NCBI RefSeq assembly: GCF_037042905.1
Contig: NC_087246.1
Span: forward strand, 5,210,001-5,274,000
DNA: 64,000 nt
Direction of reading: 5' to 3'
From: Lytechinus pictus
Taxonomy: Eukaryota
The position numbers and the translations under genes are program-made. Shown piece after piece: positions 1 through 13,713 of this stretch. Each line of letters starts with the position of its first letter. Positions within the stretch are counted from its first letter, which is position 1. The notes under the pieces were generated by a model, which was given only the letters and a program-made list of their open reading frames with translations, did no database searches and had not been told where the DNA came from.

Positions 1-326
1 ACATTATTACTACACCAAACTGTGAGAGGACAACAGCACCTGAGTTATAACATTATGCCAAAATACCACTCAGTCTTGAATTGATTAAATTGATCAAATT
101 GAAATATATATGAGTCATGCACAAGTGGAAGCCAAGAATAATAATAATAAAAGTCAGAGTATATAATTAGCCATAGTAGATTTGATTGACTTATACTTCA
201 GGTTTATGTAGCTATACATATTTCAATTGGTTTTTTTGGGGGGAGGGGGTTGTCCTCAGTGATAGTTGATACCTACTGTGTGTTTGGCCAACTTTAATTG
301 GTAAGCATACATTGACTTAATTAAAT

Positions 327-766
327 GTGACCAGCCACCCAGAAATCAACAATAAGTTGCCATGGAAAGTTTTTAGTAAATAAGCACAATAGTATTTAAT
401 AAAAGAAAAAAATATCAAAATTTAGTTAATCTAAAAAAGTAATTACTTTTCTTTATACTGTCAAAATTTAAGGTTGTAAAAGTTGAAGACAAAAATACAA
501 GAGTTTCTTTGAAAACCATTGCTTAATAGTTTAAGTTTGCATATTACCCATCTCACAATTAGTGAACCCCAAATATCGAACCTTGTTTTTTCCCAATTCG
601 TTGAAGCTCTCACCAATTTTCATGCACTCAATCAAGTACTTAAGAGAGACATTATTGACCTCAATTGATATATCATTTTAAAGCTCATGGTATGCTTGTT
701 CAAGATGAATGAAAATCTTCAAATTAGTATATGGCATTTATTGTTGGTTTTAGGATGGCTGCAGAC
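327..766. mobile_element. MITE with ~28-bp imperfect TIRs
   Basis: gtgaccagccacccagaaatcaacaataa ... ttattgttggttttaggatggctgcagac. Confidence 0.6.
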
Positions 767-1771
767 ATATAGCTTGTCAATTGCCTAAACAGATCACCTT
801 TTTTTTTTTTTACAAGTGACACCAATTTTTCTCAAGTTTTACTTCACTTTATAAACTGACCAAGTCATGGTCCTTTGAGAACATAAGACTGTCAAAAGAA
901 CAAGAAATCAGAGACAAAAAATTTCAGGAAGGTCCCACACATATTTCATGGTATTGCCCAAATATATATTTTTATCTGCCGAAAAAGCATGTTACAATTA
1001 ACATGTTTTTTTTACTGGCAAGTATTATACTAGCAGGACATGATAATAAAAAGAAACTGAAGTTTTGATAAATATATATATATATTTATATATGATACAA
1101 TAGTATAAATAACGTTTGTTTACAAATGGTAGTGGCAGGATCAATAAAATAATAAAATATCATACTAGTGTATGATGTTGGCAAGTACTGTTATAATAGT
1201 AGAAGTAGTATTAGTAGTAGTCAAAACATGACCAAAGTTTAATTTGTGATAACAGATGCATGTTAACAATGTTTCTGCACCTTCTCCTAAGACTGTTGTA
1301 TAGGCAGCAAAATGGTTGCAAATTTTGTCTAAAATGGTATGAGTACAATTAACAAAAAAAAAAAAAAATACCAAATAAAACACTATACACTAATGGCATA
1401 GAATCTTACATCAAAATAGTTGTCACAGAATAATGATCAGCCTCAAAACTGATTAATGCTAACAAACAATGAATTATCATATACACAGTTGATACTTGCA
1501 TGATCTAATATTAGCAAGTATCGTAAGAGCAATAAGTTGAATCGATGCAATTAGAAACTTTTATACTAACTAGATGGATTCTCTACTAAATGTACATGTG
1601 GTCAAAATGTAAGGCACTGTCTTTGCTAGAATTTATCAAATGTTTACATATTTAACATGACCTAGCTGACAATTAACCTTTTGAAGAAAAAAAATCTTCA
1701 ATAACAAATGAGGCGATTTCTAAATTGATCCCTTCAAAGAGTTCAGAAGAAAGAGATATTAACAGTTATAA

Positions 1772-2370
1772 TAGTCTGATCGTAAGTCCCTATGCTAATC
1801 ACAAATAGGCCAGATTCATCAAATCCTCTCCTAGCTGAATCCCCCTCCATGCAAAATCTTGTGAATCTTAAGATTTTCTTTCACTAAGAATTCACCTTAT
1901 TTATCTTTAAGTCAAAATTAAATCATTGCACATTTGGACAGAGTAAATGTTTCTCTTTAATATTGGTCATCTATATATTATTTATAATTTTCTTTTGATA
2001 ATTGAATTTCTGGCCTGAAAAAGTGCCTCAAAAATTAATTTTCTTCCTTTAAGCCACTTTGATATCTACATCACCACAAAGCTGAATTTCTGTCCTTTCT
2101 CACACTGTCACTTTTATATGTGGCACCATCGGATTAGGTCAAGAACACACTTTTCCCATAAAAAAAGACAAGATAAAAAAAATAGTAGCACGAAATTAAG
2201 AGTTTTGACCGACAGGATAACATTCCATTTTTAGAGCAACGATGAACAAATTAAAAGAGCCTGGGTGTTTTGGTCTGCATCAAGTTCATTAAATATGCAA
2301 AACCTCTCTCATCATGACTATGATAACTTGTATAAAAGAAGCTACTTTTTGAGGACTTGCCTACTGACTG
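1772..2370 (-). mobile_element. Internally deleted, inverted copy of the ~1.07-kb non-autonomous DNA transposon (see 14526, 38609)
   Basis: Reverse complement of both ends of the family (tccctatgctaat...aggccagattcatc; ggacttgcctactgactg). Confidence 0.75.
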
Positions 2371-2451
2371 TTATAGCATGACTTTTAACCTGATCTCAAC
2401 ATCCAATGAGATCACCAGTCATAAGCATAGATATTAGCTTTATATATATTT

Positions 2452-2548
2452 CAGGGGCTGCGGAAGGGTTTTCAAAGTTGGGGGGCTGAGCAAAAAAAGG
2501 GGGGGGGGGTGCTGACCATGCAAAAAATCACAATTCTATGGTCATTTC
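2452..2548 (+). mobile_element. Left-end fragment of a CAGGGG-type MITE (full copy at 24389-24550)
   Basis: caggggc..ggaagggttttcaaagt..gctgaccatgcaaaaaatcacaat..tatggtcatttt shared with 24389. Confidence 0.7.
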
Positions 2549-4090
2549 AGCTCATCTTACATTGTCCTCTACATATATTTTATCATTATACAATTTTTGA
2601 TAAAACCTCACCATACACTTGCCTCAACTCATCTTACATTGTCCTCTACATATATGTTATCATACAATTTTTGATAAAACCTATCCGTACACTTGCCTCA
2701 TCTCATCTTACATTGGCCTCCATATATCTCCTCTTTGGAAAAAAAAACCTCACTGCACACTTGCCTCAGCTCATCTTACATTGTCCTCTACATATATTTT
2801 ATCATTATACAATTTTTGATAAAACCTCACCATACACTTGCCTCATATCATCTTACATTGTCCTCTACATAAATTTTATCATACAATTTTTGATAAAACC
2901 TCACCGTACACTTGCCTCATCTCATCTTACATTGTCCTTCATATATCTGTACTATCTCCTCTTTTGAAAAAACCTCACTGCACACTTGCCTCATCTCATC
3001 TTACATTGTCCTCCATATATCTCCTCTTTTGAAAAAACCTCACTGCACACTTTCCTCACCTCATCTTACATTGTCCTCTACATATATTTTATCATTATAC
3101 AATATTTAATTGATAAAACCTCATTGTACACTTGCCTCATCTCATCTTACATTGTCCTCCATATATATCTGTATTATCTCCTCTTTTGAAAAAACCTCAC
3201 TGTACACTTGCCTCGATCACCTCATCTTACATTGTCCTCCACATATATTTATATTATCTCCTCTTTGGAAAAACCTCACTGCACACTTGCCTAATCTCAT
3301 CTTACATTGTCCTCCATATATATTTGTATTATTTCCTCTTTTGAAAAAAAACCTCACTACACACTTGCCTCATCTCATCTTACATTGTCCTCCACATATA
3401 TTTATATTATCTCCTCTTTTGATAAAACCATCACCGTACACTTTCCTCACCTCATCTTACATTGTCATCCATATATATTTTTATTATCTCCTCTTTTGAA
3501 AAAACCTCACTGCACACTTGCCTCATCTCATATTACATTGTCCTCCACATATATTTGTATTATCTCCTCTTTTGAAAAAACCTCACCGTACACTTTCCTC
3601 ACCTCATCTTACATTGTCCTCCATATATATTTGTATTATCTCCTCTTTCGAAAAAACCTCACTGTACACTTGCCTCATCTCCTCTTACATTGTCCTCCAT
3701 ACTTGTACTATCTCCTCTTTTGAAAAAACCTCACTGTACACTTGCCTCATCTCATCTTACATTGTCCTCCATATATATCTGTACTATCTCCTCTTTTGAA
3801 GAAAACCTCACTGCACACTTGCCTCATCTCATCTTACATTGTCCTCCATATATCTCCTCTTTTGAAAAAACCTCACTGCACACTTGCCTCATCTCATCTT
3901 ACATTGTCCTCCATATATCTCCTCTTTTGAAAAAACCTCACTGCACACTTGCCTCAGCTCATCTTACATTGTCCTCTACATATATTTTATCATTATATAT
4001 TTTTTTAATAAAACCATCACCGTACACTTTCCTCACCTCATCTTACATTGTCCTCCATATATATTTGTATCATTTCCTCTTTTGTAAAAA
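2549..4090. repeat. Minisatellite/satellite array, ~65-80-bp units, ~21 copies
   Basis: Core ctcatcttacattgtcctc...ttttgaaaaaacctcactg.acacttgcctca recurs; explains the spurious HLILHCP ORFs. Confidence 0.95.
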
Positions 4091-4739
4091 CTTCATCAAA
4101 CACTTTTCTTTTCTACACTATAAACTCCTACGTTGTTTTATACACACACAACATTTGAAAACTCTCTGGTTTTTTACACTCGGTATTGTACACACACATG
4201 CACAAGACCACGATCTAATGAATATTCATCGGCGAACCGTCGGATTGATAGTGACGTAAAAGCTGGACATTTCATCGCCCCTCGCTGTACTTTGTCATCA
4301 AAAGTGCCTACCACACTAATAACGGTAAAAAGGAAAAGTTGGTTTAAAGTACCGTACCGTACCTGTTCTTAAACAAACTTAAAAAGAAAAAGATGTGGTG
4401 GGAAGATTTTCCCGAATAGAGTCTATATGTCAGTCCTTCTGACCATTTTGTTTAGATTTCTTTCTCATGCCCACCATGCACCACTGGTGTACGAATTGGG
4501 GGTTTCATGACCAAGAAAAAAAGCAAAAAGAAAGAAGAAAGGGTGAAATATATCATTTTCTGAATCACAACATAATAGGGTCCAAAATTTTGCTCGCTCG
4601 CAGCTTTTTAGAAATTTTGTTTCACACACCATGTCTGCACTCATTTTTTTGTTCATAACGCTAGTGATCAGTTCTGAAAAGTTCCACTAAATTGGACCTA
4701 CGAGCTGCATCAAGTTCTCTTTCATTGGTGAATTAGAGT

Positions 4740-5709
4740 AACAAGTGGAATGCCTCTGGCCGTCTCACCTGCATCACGCGATTCAATATAGCAGCAGTGC
4801 TGATTTTGAAAACTACTATAACTCGCACAAGATGTTCAGTGATACTTGGTTACTCTTATTTCCACGTTTTATGAACTAGACCAATACACTTATAGAGATA
4901 TGATGGCAATTCAACAAATACCCCCAACGTGGCCAAAGTTCTTTGACCTTACATGACCTTTGACCTTGATCATGTGACCTGAAACTCGCACAGGATGTTC
5001 AGTGATACTTGATTACTATTATGTCCAAGTTTTATGAACTAGACCAACACACTTTCAAATTTATGGCTGTAATTCAACAAATACCCCAATTTGGCCAAAG
5101 TTCATTGACCCTAAATGACCTTTGACCTTGATCATGTGACCTGAAACTTGCACAGGATGTTCAGTAATACTTGATTACTATTATGTCCAAGTTTCATGAA
5201 TCAGATCCATAAACTTTCAAAGTTATGATGGTAATTCAACAGATACCCCCAATTCGGCCAAAGTTCATTGACCCTAAATGACCTTTGACCTTGGTCATGT
5301 GACGTGAAACTCATGCAGGATGTTCAGTGATACTTGATTAACCTTATGGCCAAGTTTCATGAACTAGGTCCATATACTTTCTAAGTTATGCTGTCATTTC
5401 AAAAACTTAACCTTAGGTTAAGATTTTGATGTTGATTCCCCCAACATGGTCTAAGTTCATTGACCCTAAATGACCTTTGACCTTGGTCATGTGACATGAA
5501 ACTCAGGCAGGATGTTCAGTAATACTTGATTAACCTTATGGCCAAGTTTCATGAACTAGGTCCATATACTTTCTAAGTTATGCTGTCATTTCAAAAACTT
5601 AACCTCAGGTTAAGATTTGGTGTTGACGCCGCCGTCGCCGCCGCCGCCGCCGTCGCCGTCGGAAAAGCGGCGCCTATAGTCTCACTCTGCTATGCAGGTG
5701 AGACAAAAA
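4740..5709 (-). mobile_element. Helentron-associated (HINE/DINE/Pearl-like) non-autonomous element with ~162-bp internal tandem repeats
   Basis: subTIR gtctcacctgcat (4762) / atgcaggtgagac (5692), short IR gtctcac, (GCC)n microsatellite, about 5 core repeats (gatgttcagt at 4831, 4994, 5156, 5319, 5511). Confidence 0.75.
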
Positions 5710-6190
5710 CTATGATTTCAGGAGAGCTTAGAGGAGGAGGAATAAAGAGATCGAGGAGTGTGATAAAGACGGTTTCATCGGGACGGAAAAAATCAAAATC
5801 AATATTATTCTCACCCCTCGCAGGGGGGGGGGTGTCTTTTTTTTATCCTTCCAATTCACTTTGATCATATCTTCAATTATGCATGGCAACTTTCTTCCTG
5901 TCTCCTGATACTCCTTAATTCCCTTTCCCCTCTTCCTTTCCAAAGCCCAACTCGCGTAATTAGCTCTTAAACATTTCATTTCTGCCACTTGATATCTCTT
6001 AATCTGTGCTTCCTAAACTGCCTACACCTATCCTCAGACTTGTCTTTACTGATTTAATTTGTTATCAGTTTATGACTTTAATACAGGCCGGGATAAACCT
6101 GCAGAGGTAGTAGACACTGAAAATATGTACAGACTGAATGGATCTGGTAGTCATGGCAACATGTTTTGTTCTGGATTGTTATATGAGGAT

Positions 6191-6721
6191 CCGGGGGGGG
6201 GGGGCACTTACATTGACGAGTGGATACCATTCGCGACCCAAAAGGATGTCTTTTTCAAGATAGGGCATGTAACGTAATAAGGGTGTCAAAAACACTAAAA
6301 TAATGAATAAAGGATATCTATTTCGCTAGGAAATTTACGTGTTTAGGGTCAAATTTGCGAGGGTATAAACAATCATGACTAAAATGTTTTATAAAGGATG
6401 TACTTTTTGCTCCAGGAGTCAACACTACGTGTTTAGAGTACGATTTGCGCGAGTTGGGCTGTACTAAACCCAATGATGTAGGTAAAGGTAAAACCGACGA
6501 CCGACGTCCATTTTTGAAATATCGCTGTACTTGTTTAGGGGTACAATTCAGGGGATACTTGCCAATAGTATCGTTTTGTTTCCAATACTTGTTAAGGGTA
6601 GGGTTTTAAACACCAATACTTGTTAAGGGGTGCATTTTCAGAATATATGTGTTTAGGGTGCTTTTTGAGATCTCACGGTCGCGCATGGTATCCACTCGTG
6701 AATGGAAGTGGCCCCCCCCGG
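6191..6721. mobile_element. MITE, CCGGGGG termini, 8-bp TSD (hAT-like)
   Basis: TIR ccggggg..cactt.catt.acgagtggatacc / ggtatccactcgtgaatggaagtggccccccccgg; TSD atgaggat/acgaggat. Confidence 0.85.
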
Positions 6722-7719
6722 ACGAGGATTAAAGTATAGTGTTATTCATTAGTTTGTTTTCTGCAATAATGAATAGATATTGAACTAATGATGAAATAAG
6801 TAATCTTTATTTTGTATGAGTATGTCAGTTCATAATATGATTATTATATAATGTACTTAATCCAAGAAACTAGAATATGTATCTGACACTTCAGCTAAAT
6901 AACAGGGACAGTAGTTTTGCCTGAAGTTTCGGGAAAAATGTATTACATGTGGTATATATGTGTTCTATTAATATTGCTCTGTGATTAAAACATTCAAATA
7001 ACTGATTATATGCAACCTTTGGCATAGCAAACTCGGTTTGTTGATCTTTGGTATATATATATAAAAAGGGGCATTGAATACTATCAGGGAGTCTGCTGTC
7101 ATGAAAAAAAAATATATATCAAGAATATCTATGAGTTTTCCATTCAAGTTGTCTACTTTTTCTTTAGAGATCATTCAGGTCGAGAGGAAAAAGTCTGGAC
7201 CTGTCTGTAAACCTGCCCAGAAGCACATCCATAACACCAAGATCCCGACCGTGAGACAAAAAAATCGAGGAGTGCAGATCAAATATATGTAATTTGGCGA
7301 GGTTTGCACAAAGGTTCGATCAGTATCATCCCAAAGCCTTTTAAAGGCGAAGCAGAGTAGGACAAGTCAAGGCAAGCAAAGGTAGATAATCCACCTACAC
7401 CTCAGCGAGTGAAGGAGATAAACGCAGACAGGCAAACAAATAAACATTGAATTAAAAATATTTTCAGGAATTCTAGCTCATATACATGATTAACTTATCC
7501 ATCATTTTGCTACCAAAATATTTTTGCACTTCTAAACCAACAATCCTTATGATGATTGTTATCATTAGTGCAGTCAAAGTTCTTATCATTACGCTTTAAA
7601 TTCGCATACTATCTCCTCTTAATTGCCGACATATGCAGGGCAAAATACATTCTCACATATATGAAAATAAAAAATTGCAGATAATAATTATAATATATAG
7701 AACTTTAATCAGGAGCCGA

Positions 7720-7910
7720 TTATTTAGTTGCCTTTTCAATGACGAATAATATATTACCCTGGCAATAGCTCTGGCTTTTAAAGGTGCTCGCCAGGTGCAT
7801 CTATCATGCTGTGTAACCATTCACCTCACCTGGCTTGAGTGCAGCAAAGAGTGTACCAATTTCTTGCTGAAAGAAATTTTACCATGGCTGGGATTCAATT
7901 CCATGACCTC
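7720..7910 (-). mobile_element. Degraded tRNA-derived SINE
   Basis: Similar layout to the SINE at 56045 (attaccc..., ccatt...ctgg..tgagtg..., ctgggattcaa B-box remnant). Confidence 0.5.
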
Positions 7911-9997
7911 TGTTAATATGGTTAATTTATCATTCAAATAAATTCCTAGACCTTTCTATATAAAATAAGTAAAATATACCAGTAGACAAAACAATTTTTT
8001 CTGAAGATTTTATTTCAAAAGAGTAAATTTTAGCCCCCTTTGTTATTGTATTGCTCGATGTTACTCAGGGGCCTGAAGAAGGGATTGAGCCTCCAGGATC
8101 AAGATTTCAGGAAGTTTGCTATGAAGAATGCATGCAGGATTAGAGGATGGATGTTAACATGTCATTGAATGGAAAGAATGTCCAGAGAAAAGTTGCAGGT
8201 TTATCATCAATACCAGGATGAGGCTCATCTTGAGGACATCACAGGGTTAGCTCTCAGACATGATCATGGAGGGTTCAGTGTAAGTTCAAGAAATTTATCA
8301 CCTATGCAATCAATGTAAACATTGGGAAAAAATATTACACTAACGTTACATCTATGTACTACACTGAACTTAAACAAAATTGATAAGTATTCGCTATTCA
8401 CAGGAAATATCAAACAGCATGGTAGATTTATTAACACATAAACACTTCTTTAATTAAATTCCTGAAGTACATATATATTGTGTGCTCCGACTATACCAAT
8501 GCATATGCAGGATGGTTGGATTAAACTCTCCTTGATTTGAGCTAATTTAATGCTATATTTTCCTTCTCTCTTGATCTATTTCCCTTAGTGTTGATGCTAT
8601 TCTGTATCCAAAATTGTAATCACATGTGACAGAGGCTTCAAGAGTCTTGAACATCAAACTTGCTTCTAATCAACCAGTGATGTGACCAAGAACTAGCAAG
8701 ATCCAGTCCTCCAGAAGTAAATGGACTGCCATTTGTCAATATGTAGACTCTTGTCATCATTATTAGCAATGATGGAAATAAATGAAACAACAATACAATT
8801 TGATCTGTAACAATGCTTCCGAGCAACAGCTATTTATTAAGCTTTTATTACCCCTGACCAGCATGTAGCACTGCTCCATTCTGTATTGTTTATTTTTACC
8901 ATGTATAATGTCATCTATGGTTGTATCATGATTAGGTCAAATAAATAATAATAATAACCATTTCTTTTAAATAAAGTTTATATTGGAATGTAAGCGGAAA
9001 TTTTATAACAAGCCTTGCTATGGGAAAGACATGGAGAGGAAGACAGAGATAGAGAAAGAGATAAAAAGAGTAGTGAGTATATAGACTGTATACTCTACTG
9101 CTTTATTATTGGAGTTCACAATTTCTCAGAATATACAATTCAAATGCAGAGAATTGAATTTTAATCAATATTTTTTATTTCATTACTGGCAATAAAATGA
9201 CATTAAAAAGCAAAATTAAATAAAATTATGATAAAATATGCAAGCTCGAATAGTCTGGAAAGAGCAGTCAAAATGAAAAAAAAAATCATTATTTTACCAC
9301 TAACCCGGCAGAGAAAAATAAAACAGTGAATCTGCATTAAAATATATTTCATGAAATAATTCTGACATTAAAAAACACCCAAATGTATCAAAATGCAAAT
9401 ATATTAAAGTTCAAATTCATTCAGTTAAATGGAAGTGATCATTACCACACCCCAACAACTTCTGTATGAAAGCCAAACCTTTTTTCCCCATAATGACATT
9501 AGAATTGATCGTAGATTAAAACACGACACTTTGTTTCATAAAGATGTTCGCAAGTTAAGAGCGACTTTAACAATGACTGGTGAACCTTTCTTAAGCGCTA
9601 AATAATCACTAATGAATGAATTTAATTGTGAATATCACTTACCACAAGAAAGGATCAGCAGTCGCTCTAAAAGTTACTCTTGACTTACAAACAGCTTTAC
9701 GAAATGGCCCCCTGAATGTTTTGGATTGCTATGCAGAATTTACATCAAATTAGACAAGACCATAAGAAGAAGAGACAGTCCAGAGCATATAAGGTGAGGG
9801 ATGGGAATGATTGCTTTTGTACAATGGAACAATTACATTTACCACAGGTTTAAATATCAATAACTGTAAGGTTGTAAAACAAAGCCTAACAATATGGTGT
9901 GTGTGTGCGAGGGGGGGGGGGGGGGGGTTCTCTTGTAAATACACAAGTTCAGTTGGTGTAGTATCAGTCCCATATGTCCTTAAAAAATAAAAATCTG

Positions 9998-10168
9998 GTG
10001 GGTGTTTCATAAAGCTATTCGTAAGATACAAATGACTTTACGCAAGACTGGTAACCCTTCCTCATGCAAAGTGATATATCCTTATGTAATTGAGTTAGGA
10101 CCTAGACCATGTTCCAGTCGTGCATAAAGTTGTGCATGTTTTTACAAACAGCTTTATGAAACACCCAC
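9998..10168. mobile_element. Small MITE with CTG 3-bp TSD (PIF/Harbinger-like); related copy ~9530-9712
   Basis: TIR gtgggtgtttcataaagct / agctttatgaaacacccac; ctg on both sides. Confidence 0.75.
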
Positions 10169-10664
10169 CTGATTTCATCTGACATTAAAACAATAATATG
10201 ACAAATTGAAACCCTTCACATTAATTTGTTTTGTAACACTTAAAAAAAAAAAATTGTTTTAAAGATACAAATTGATCAGACATGTATACAGCAGCCCTTC
10301 TTTCTAAAAAAATTACCCATACTGGTAAACTGACCCTGTACAATGATCAAAGTTGTAAAATTCTAAACCATTTTTACTCATGAACAGACAACAAATTTTG
10401 AATATAATTCAGTCATTTTGTACTGACACAATAATGTAACAAGACTAACAACAGTAACAATATAATGAAGATATCTTCAAAAGCATTTCAAATGTGAACA
10501 ATACATTTTAATTTAATGTCTAAAACCTTTTCTCAACAAAACACATTCTCTTGAACACATTCATAAAAGAATGCACAGGCTTAAAGGGCCTGAATACTTA
10601 CCAACTCCACAACAAAACCTGAATGATGTTGAAAGCATGACATATTACAGAATACTCTGTCTTA

Positions 10665-11235
10665 CCCTTATAGTCCCAGGGTATTCTGATTTTTGCCACT
10701 CTCAGGGGGAGTATTATGGCACCCTTAAGATCTCAGCAGCAGATTGTAGAGAATGATGAAATCTACAAGGTTACATAGGTAAATTTCACTAAGTTCATAT
10801 ACAAAGCACCTAAAATACTAAGTTTTGTTGTAGATATTCTTCATAGCACTCCTAGCAATTGTACTTGAAAAAAAAATTGATTTCTTATTCATTTTATTGT
10901 GTTTTTTTTAACTTTAAAAATTCTATGTTTGTAAACCTTTCTCTTTTGATATTTTTTGACAAAATTTGTTTATGACATTATTTTGGTCATAAATAGCATC
11001 AAATTAAATAACTGTGTCAATAAAAGCAAAAAATAATCACTTAATTATGAATTTTACCTGAAAACACATTTTGTATTGACTTTGGGGTCTGACACACACT
11101 CACACAATAATGCATGATTCCGCAACTGAGTACCTGGGTGTTCGTCAATTATTATTTTGTGAGCGGATTTATCACAAAAAAATTCAAGGGGGCCATAATG
11201 TCCAGCCAACCCCACTGCCCCCCAGATTATTAGGG
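10665..11235. mobile_element. piggyBac-like non-autonomous element
   Basis: CCCT...AGGG termini; right flank TTAA, left flank ctta; subterminal attatggc/gccataat inverted motifs. Confidence 0.5.
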
Positions 11236-12229
11236 TTAATAGCATGCTCCCTGTTCTAAGGGATGCATTTTTGTTCTGCAGTGAATGTCTATTAACAATG
11301 TTTATAACACAAGCATGAGTTGTAAACAATAGCACATTCAAATTAGGAGATCACCTTCTTGTACCACAGATGTTCAATTAAGTTTGAGTTATACATTTTG
11401 GGGTAAAGCAAATAATTTCATCCCTGGGCCCTGTAAACCTAAAGAGAAGTGATCAATACTTACAATCAACTGTCATATTCTTATTCATAGTTATGGAACT
11501 TCAATTACAATCATGAATAAAAGTTTAACGATTGAAATGTGATATTTAGGGCCCTGAACTTGAAGGTAATACAACCTGAGAGATTTGATAAATACAAGTA
11601 GGGTAGGTTTGAATAGCTTATCAAATTACAGTTTTCAGCTATACAAACAGCTTGCAGTATTCATTAAGGGTTAAAACATAGTGTATTGGAAATAAAAGCA
11701 ACAAGATTAGAACATGGAATCTTTGTTAAAGTACACATGTCTGTCTATCCTTTGCTACTTTTGTTGCTTTTTTACTGAAGTTGTTCGTCTGAAAATTTCC
11801 AGGGAAAACTGACTTGCACAAAAAGTCAACCTTGTATTATTTTGAGAGCCCCCAGACAGTAGTTACAGTGTACCATAATCATGTTCACCTCTGGAATCTG
11901 AAATATTTTGACCAAAAAAAAGCCAACAATGTATATATTGCAACAGAAAGGAGTTACCAGCTCTGTTGATGGCTTACCACTAATTACTAATATCTTCTAA
12001 AAACATAATCTGATGTTTCTAACACTTTTTATATTAAACCCTATTTGATTCTAAGTACTACCAAAAACCTTCAATAAAAATTGGTTAACATTCTAAATCT
12101 AAACCTAAAGAAAAACTAAAAGTAAACTATTAGAGAATGTCATGAAAGCCTTTGAAGGCACCTGCTGGGAGGGAAATTCCCTAATGACCTCACTATGATC
12201 TACAGGGATTCCCCTCTGGACTGTCTGTG

Positions 12230-12287
12230 TCATGTCGCAGGTGGAGTTGCAGGTGGTTTTATATTCAAGATGGCATCAATATCAGCA
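12230..12287 (-). CDS. TBL2: TBL2 terminal coding exon 12 (SADIDAILNIKPPATPPAT*)
   Basis: ttttgacag acceptor, phase-2 join, TGA at 12230-12232; total CDS 1380 nt = 459 aa, close to human TBL2 length. Confidence 0.75.
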
Positions 12288-12837
12288 CTGTCAAAAGAAA
12301 ATGTAAAGGGGGGGCAGAATAAATTCATTACTACTTGAAACCATCAAAATAACATGTTTCCTTACATGACATAAAAAAGAAAGATTTTTTTAGTTGTTGT
12401 GAATTCATAATAAAATTAACATGAAATGCAAAACCTCAAGTCTTTACAGCCACTTGCAAAATACAGTGAACACTTATTGCTTAATCTGTTTCATATTTCA
12501 GATTTTTTCTTCAATTGAAAATGACGATTCCAATTTGAATACCAGTCAGGCAATGAATGCAAATTTTGAAAAATCAGGCTCAACATGGCAGCAAAGTTAT
12601 AAAAATACATAGTATATGGCTATCACATGGGTTGTCTGATGTCGTTGGGGCTAATCTACTGCCCTGCTTGACTTTGCACCACTCTTATCTCTGACTTAGG
12701 CATCATGATATGCAAGTCTTTACCTCCATTCCTCAATTGATTTGATGTTATCTACTAAACAAAATCTTTTGTCTACACTGATTATTCTTTTTAACCTGTT
12801 AGAGGCAAATTGAAATTTTGCTGTGCACAATTGATAC

Positions 12838-13024
12838 CTGGTTGACTTGATCTGAAAGTCGAGTCTCTCCTTCATGGCTCCCGACGTTGTCTTTTTGAGT
12901 TTTCCTTCTAGATCAGAGACAAGTGCCTTTAAACCAATGATGTTGTGGAAGATTCGAATGAAGCGGTCACCAGTTGATACAAGATACTTCCCACTGGGAT
13001 CAAAGCCTAGTTTGGAGATACTCT
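12838..13024 (-). CDS. TBL2: TBL2 coding exon 11 (SISKLGFDPSGKYLVSTGDRFIRIFHNIIGLKALVSDLEGKLKK...QIKST)
   Basis: Homology to LSFDITGRFLASCGDRAVRLFHN plus coiled coil; gacag/gtatca. Confidence 0.93.
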
Positions 13025-13530
13025 CTGTCACAAGATAATTCATTATATATATATACATTTCTTTGTGTAATTAGTTGGATAATGGTAACTGCATGTTATA
13101 TATTCATTTCATTTGTTATATTGTGTGTTTCTTATTGTGAACTCACACTGTTAGTCTTCAGACATTTTGACTAGTATTTTTTAATAAAACCGAATTGAAT
13201 TAGATTGAATTGAAAATTAGAGTACTTGATTTCTTTATCAAGAAGTCACTCATCAATGCTGCAATGGATAAGTTTGAATGTAAGAGATAAATGTATAGTG
13301 ATATATCCATGTAAAATATGTCTGGGGAATTTCCAGAAATATGTGTACTTTAAGTTATTTTCACTGACAACTTTCATAAGGTACTGCTATTGTCTCATAT
13401 GATATGATGAGAGCAAAATTGCCAAAGGAAATCACTGACAGGATGGTTTCACAACATCCAAAGTGAACAAGCATCTTGTGAAGCCAACAGAGACAATCAT
13501 TCTGGATGAGTAAAAAACAAGATTACTCAC

Positions 13531-13713
13531 GTGAATGTACATCTTGGAAGTGCTCTTCTTGTTGTTTACCATCGGCACTGTACAGCCATATCTCGGTGCC
13601 CTGAGCAATAGCTACACTGTAGGCATCAGGAGACAGAGCAATGAGGCAAGGGCCGGAGTGGGGGTACTGACCCGTCAGGAGGAGGTATGGATCCTGCTGC
13701 TTAGCATACTCAA
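13531..13713 (-). CDS. TBL2: TBL2 coding exon 10 (VEYAKQQDPYLLLTG...IALSPDAYSVAIAQG...EHFQDVHS)
   Basis: QDPYLL signature; ctcag/gtgagt; 183 nt symmetric phase 1. Confidence 0.95.

Noticed and set aside
2509..4259. Many overlapping ORFs / CRISPR-like array
   Set aside because: Translations of a tandem repeat; the spacers are not unique and there are no cas genes; eukaryotic context
8071..8100. CUGAAGAAGGG hammerhead
   Set aside because: No GAAA after the putative stem II
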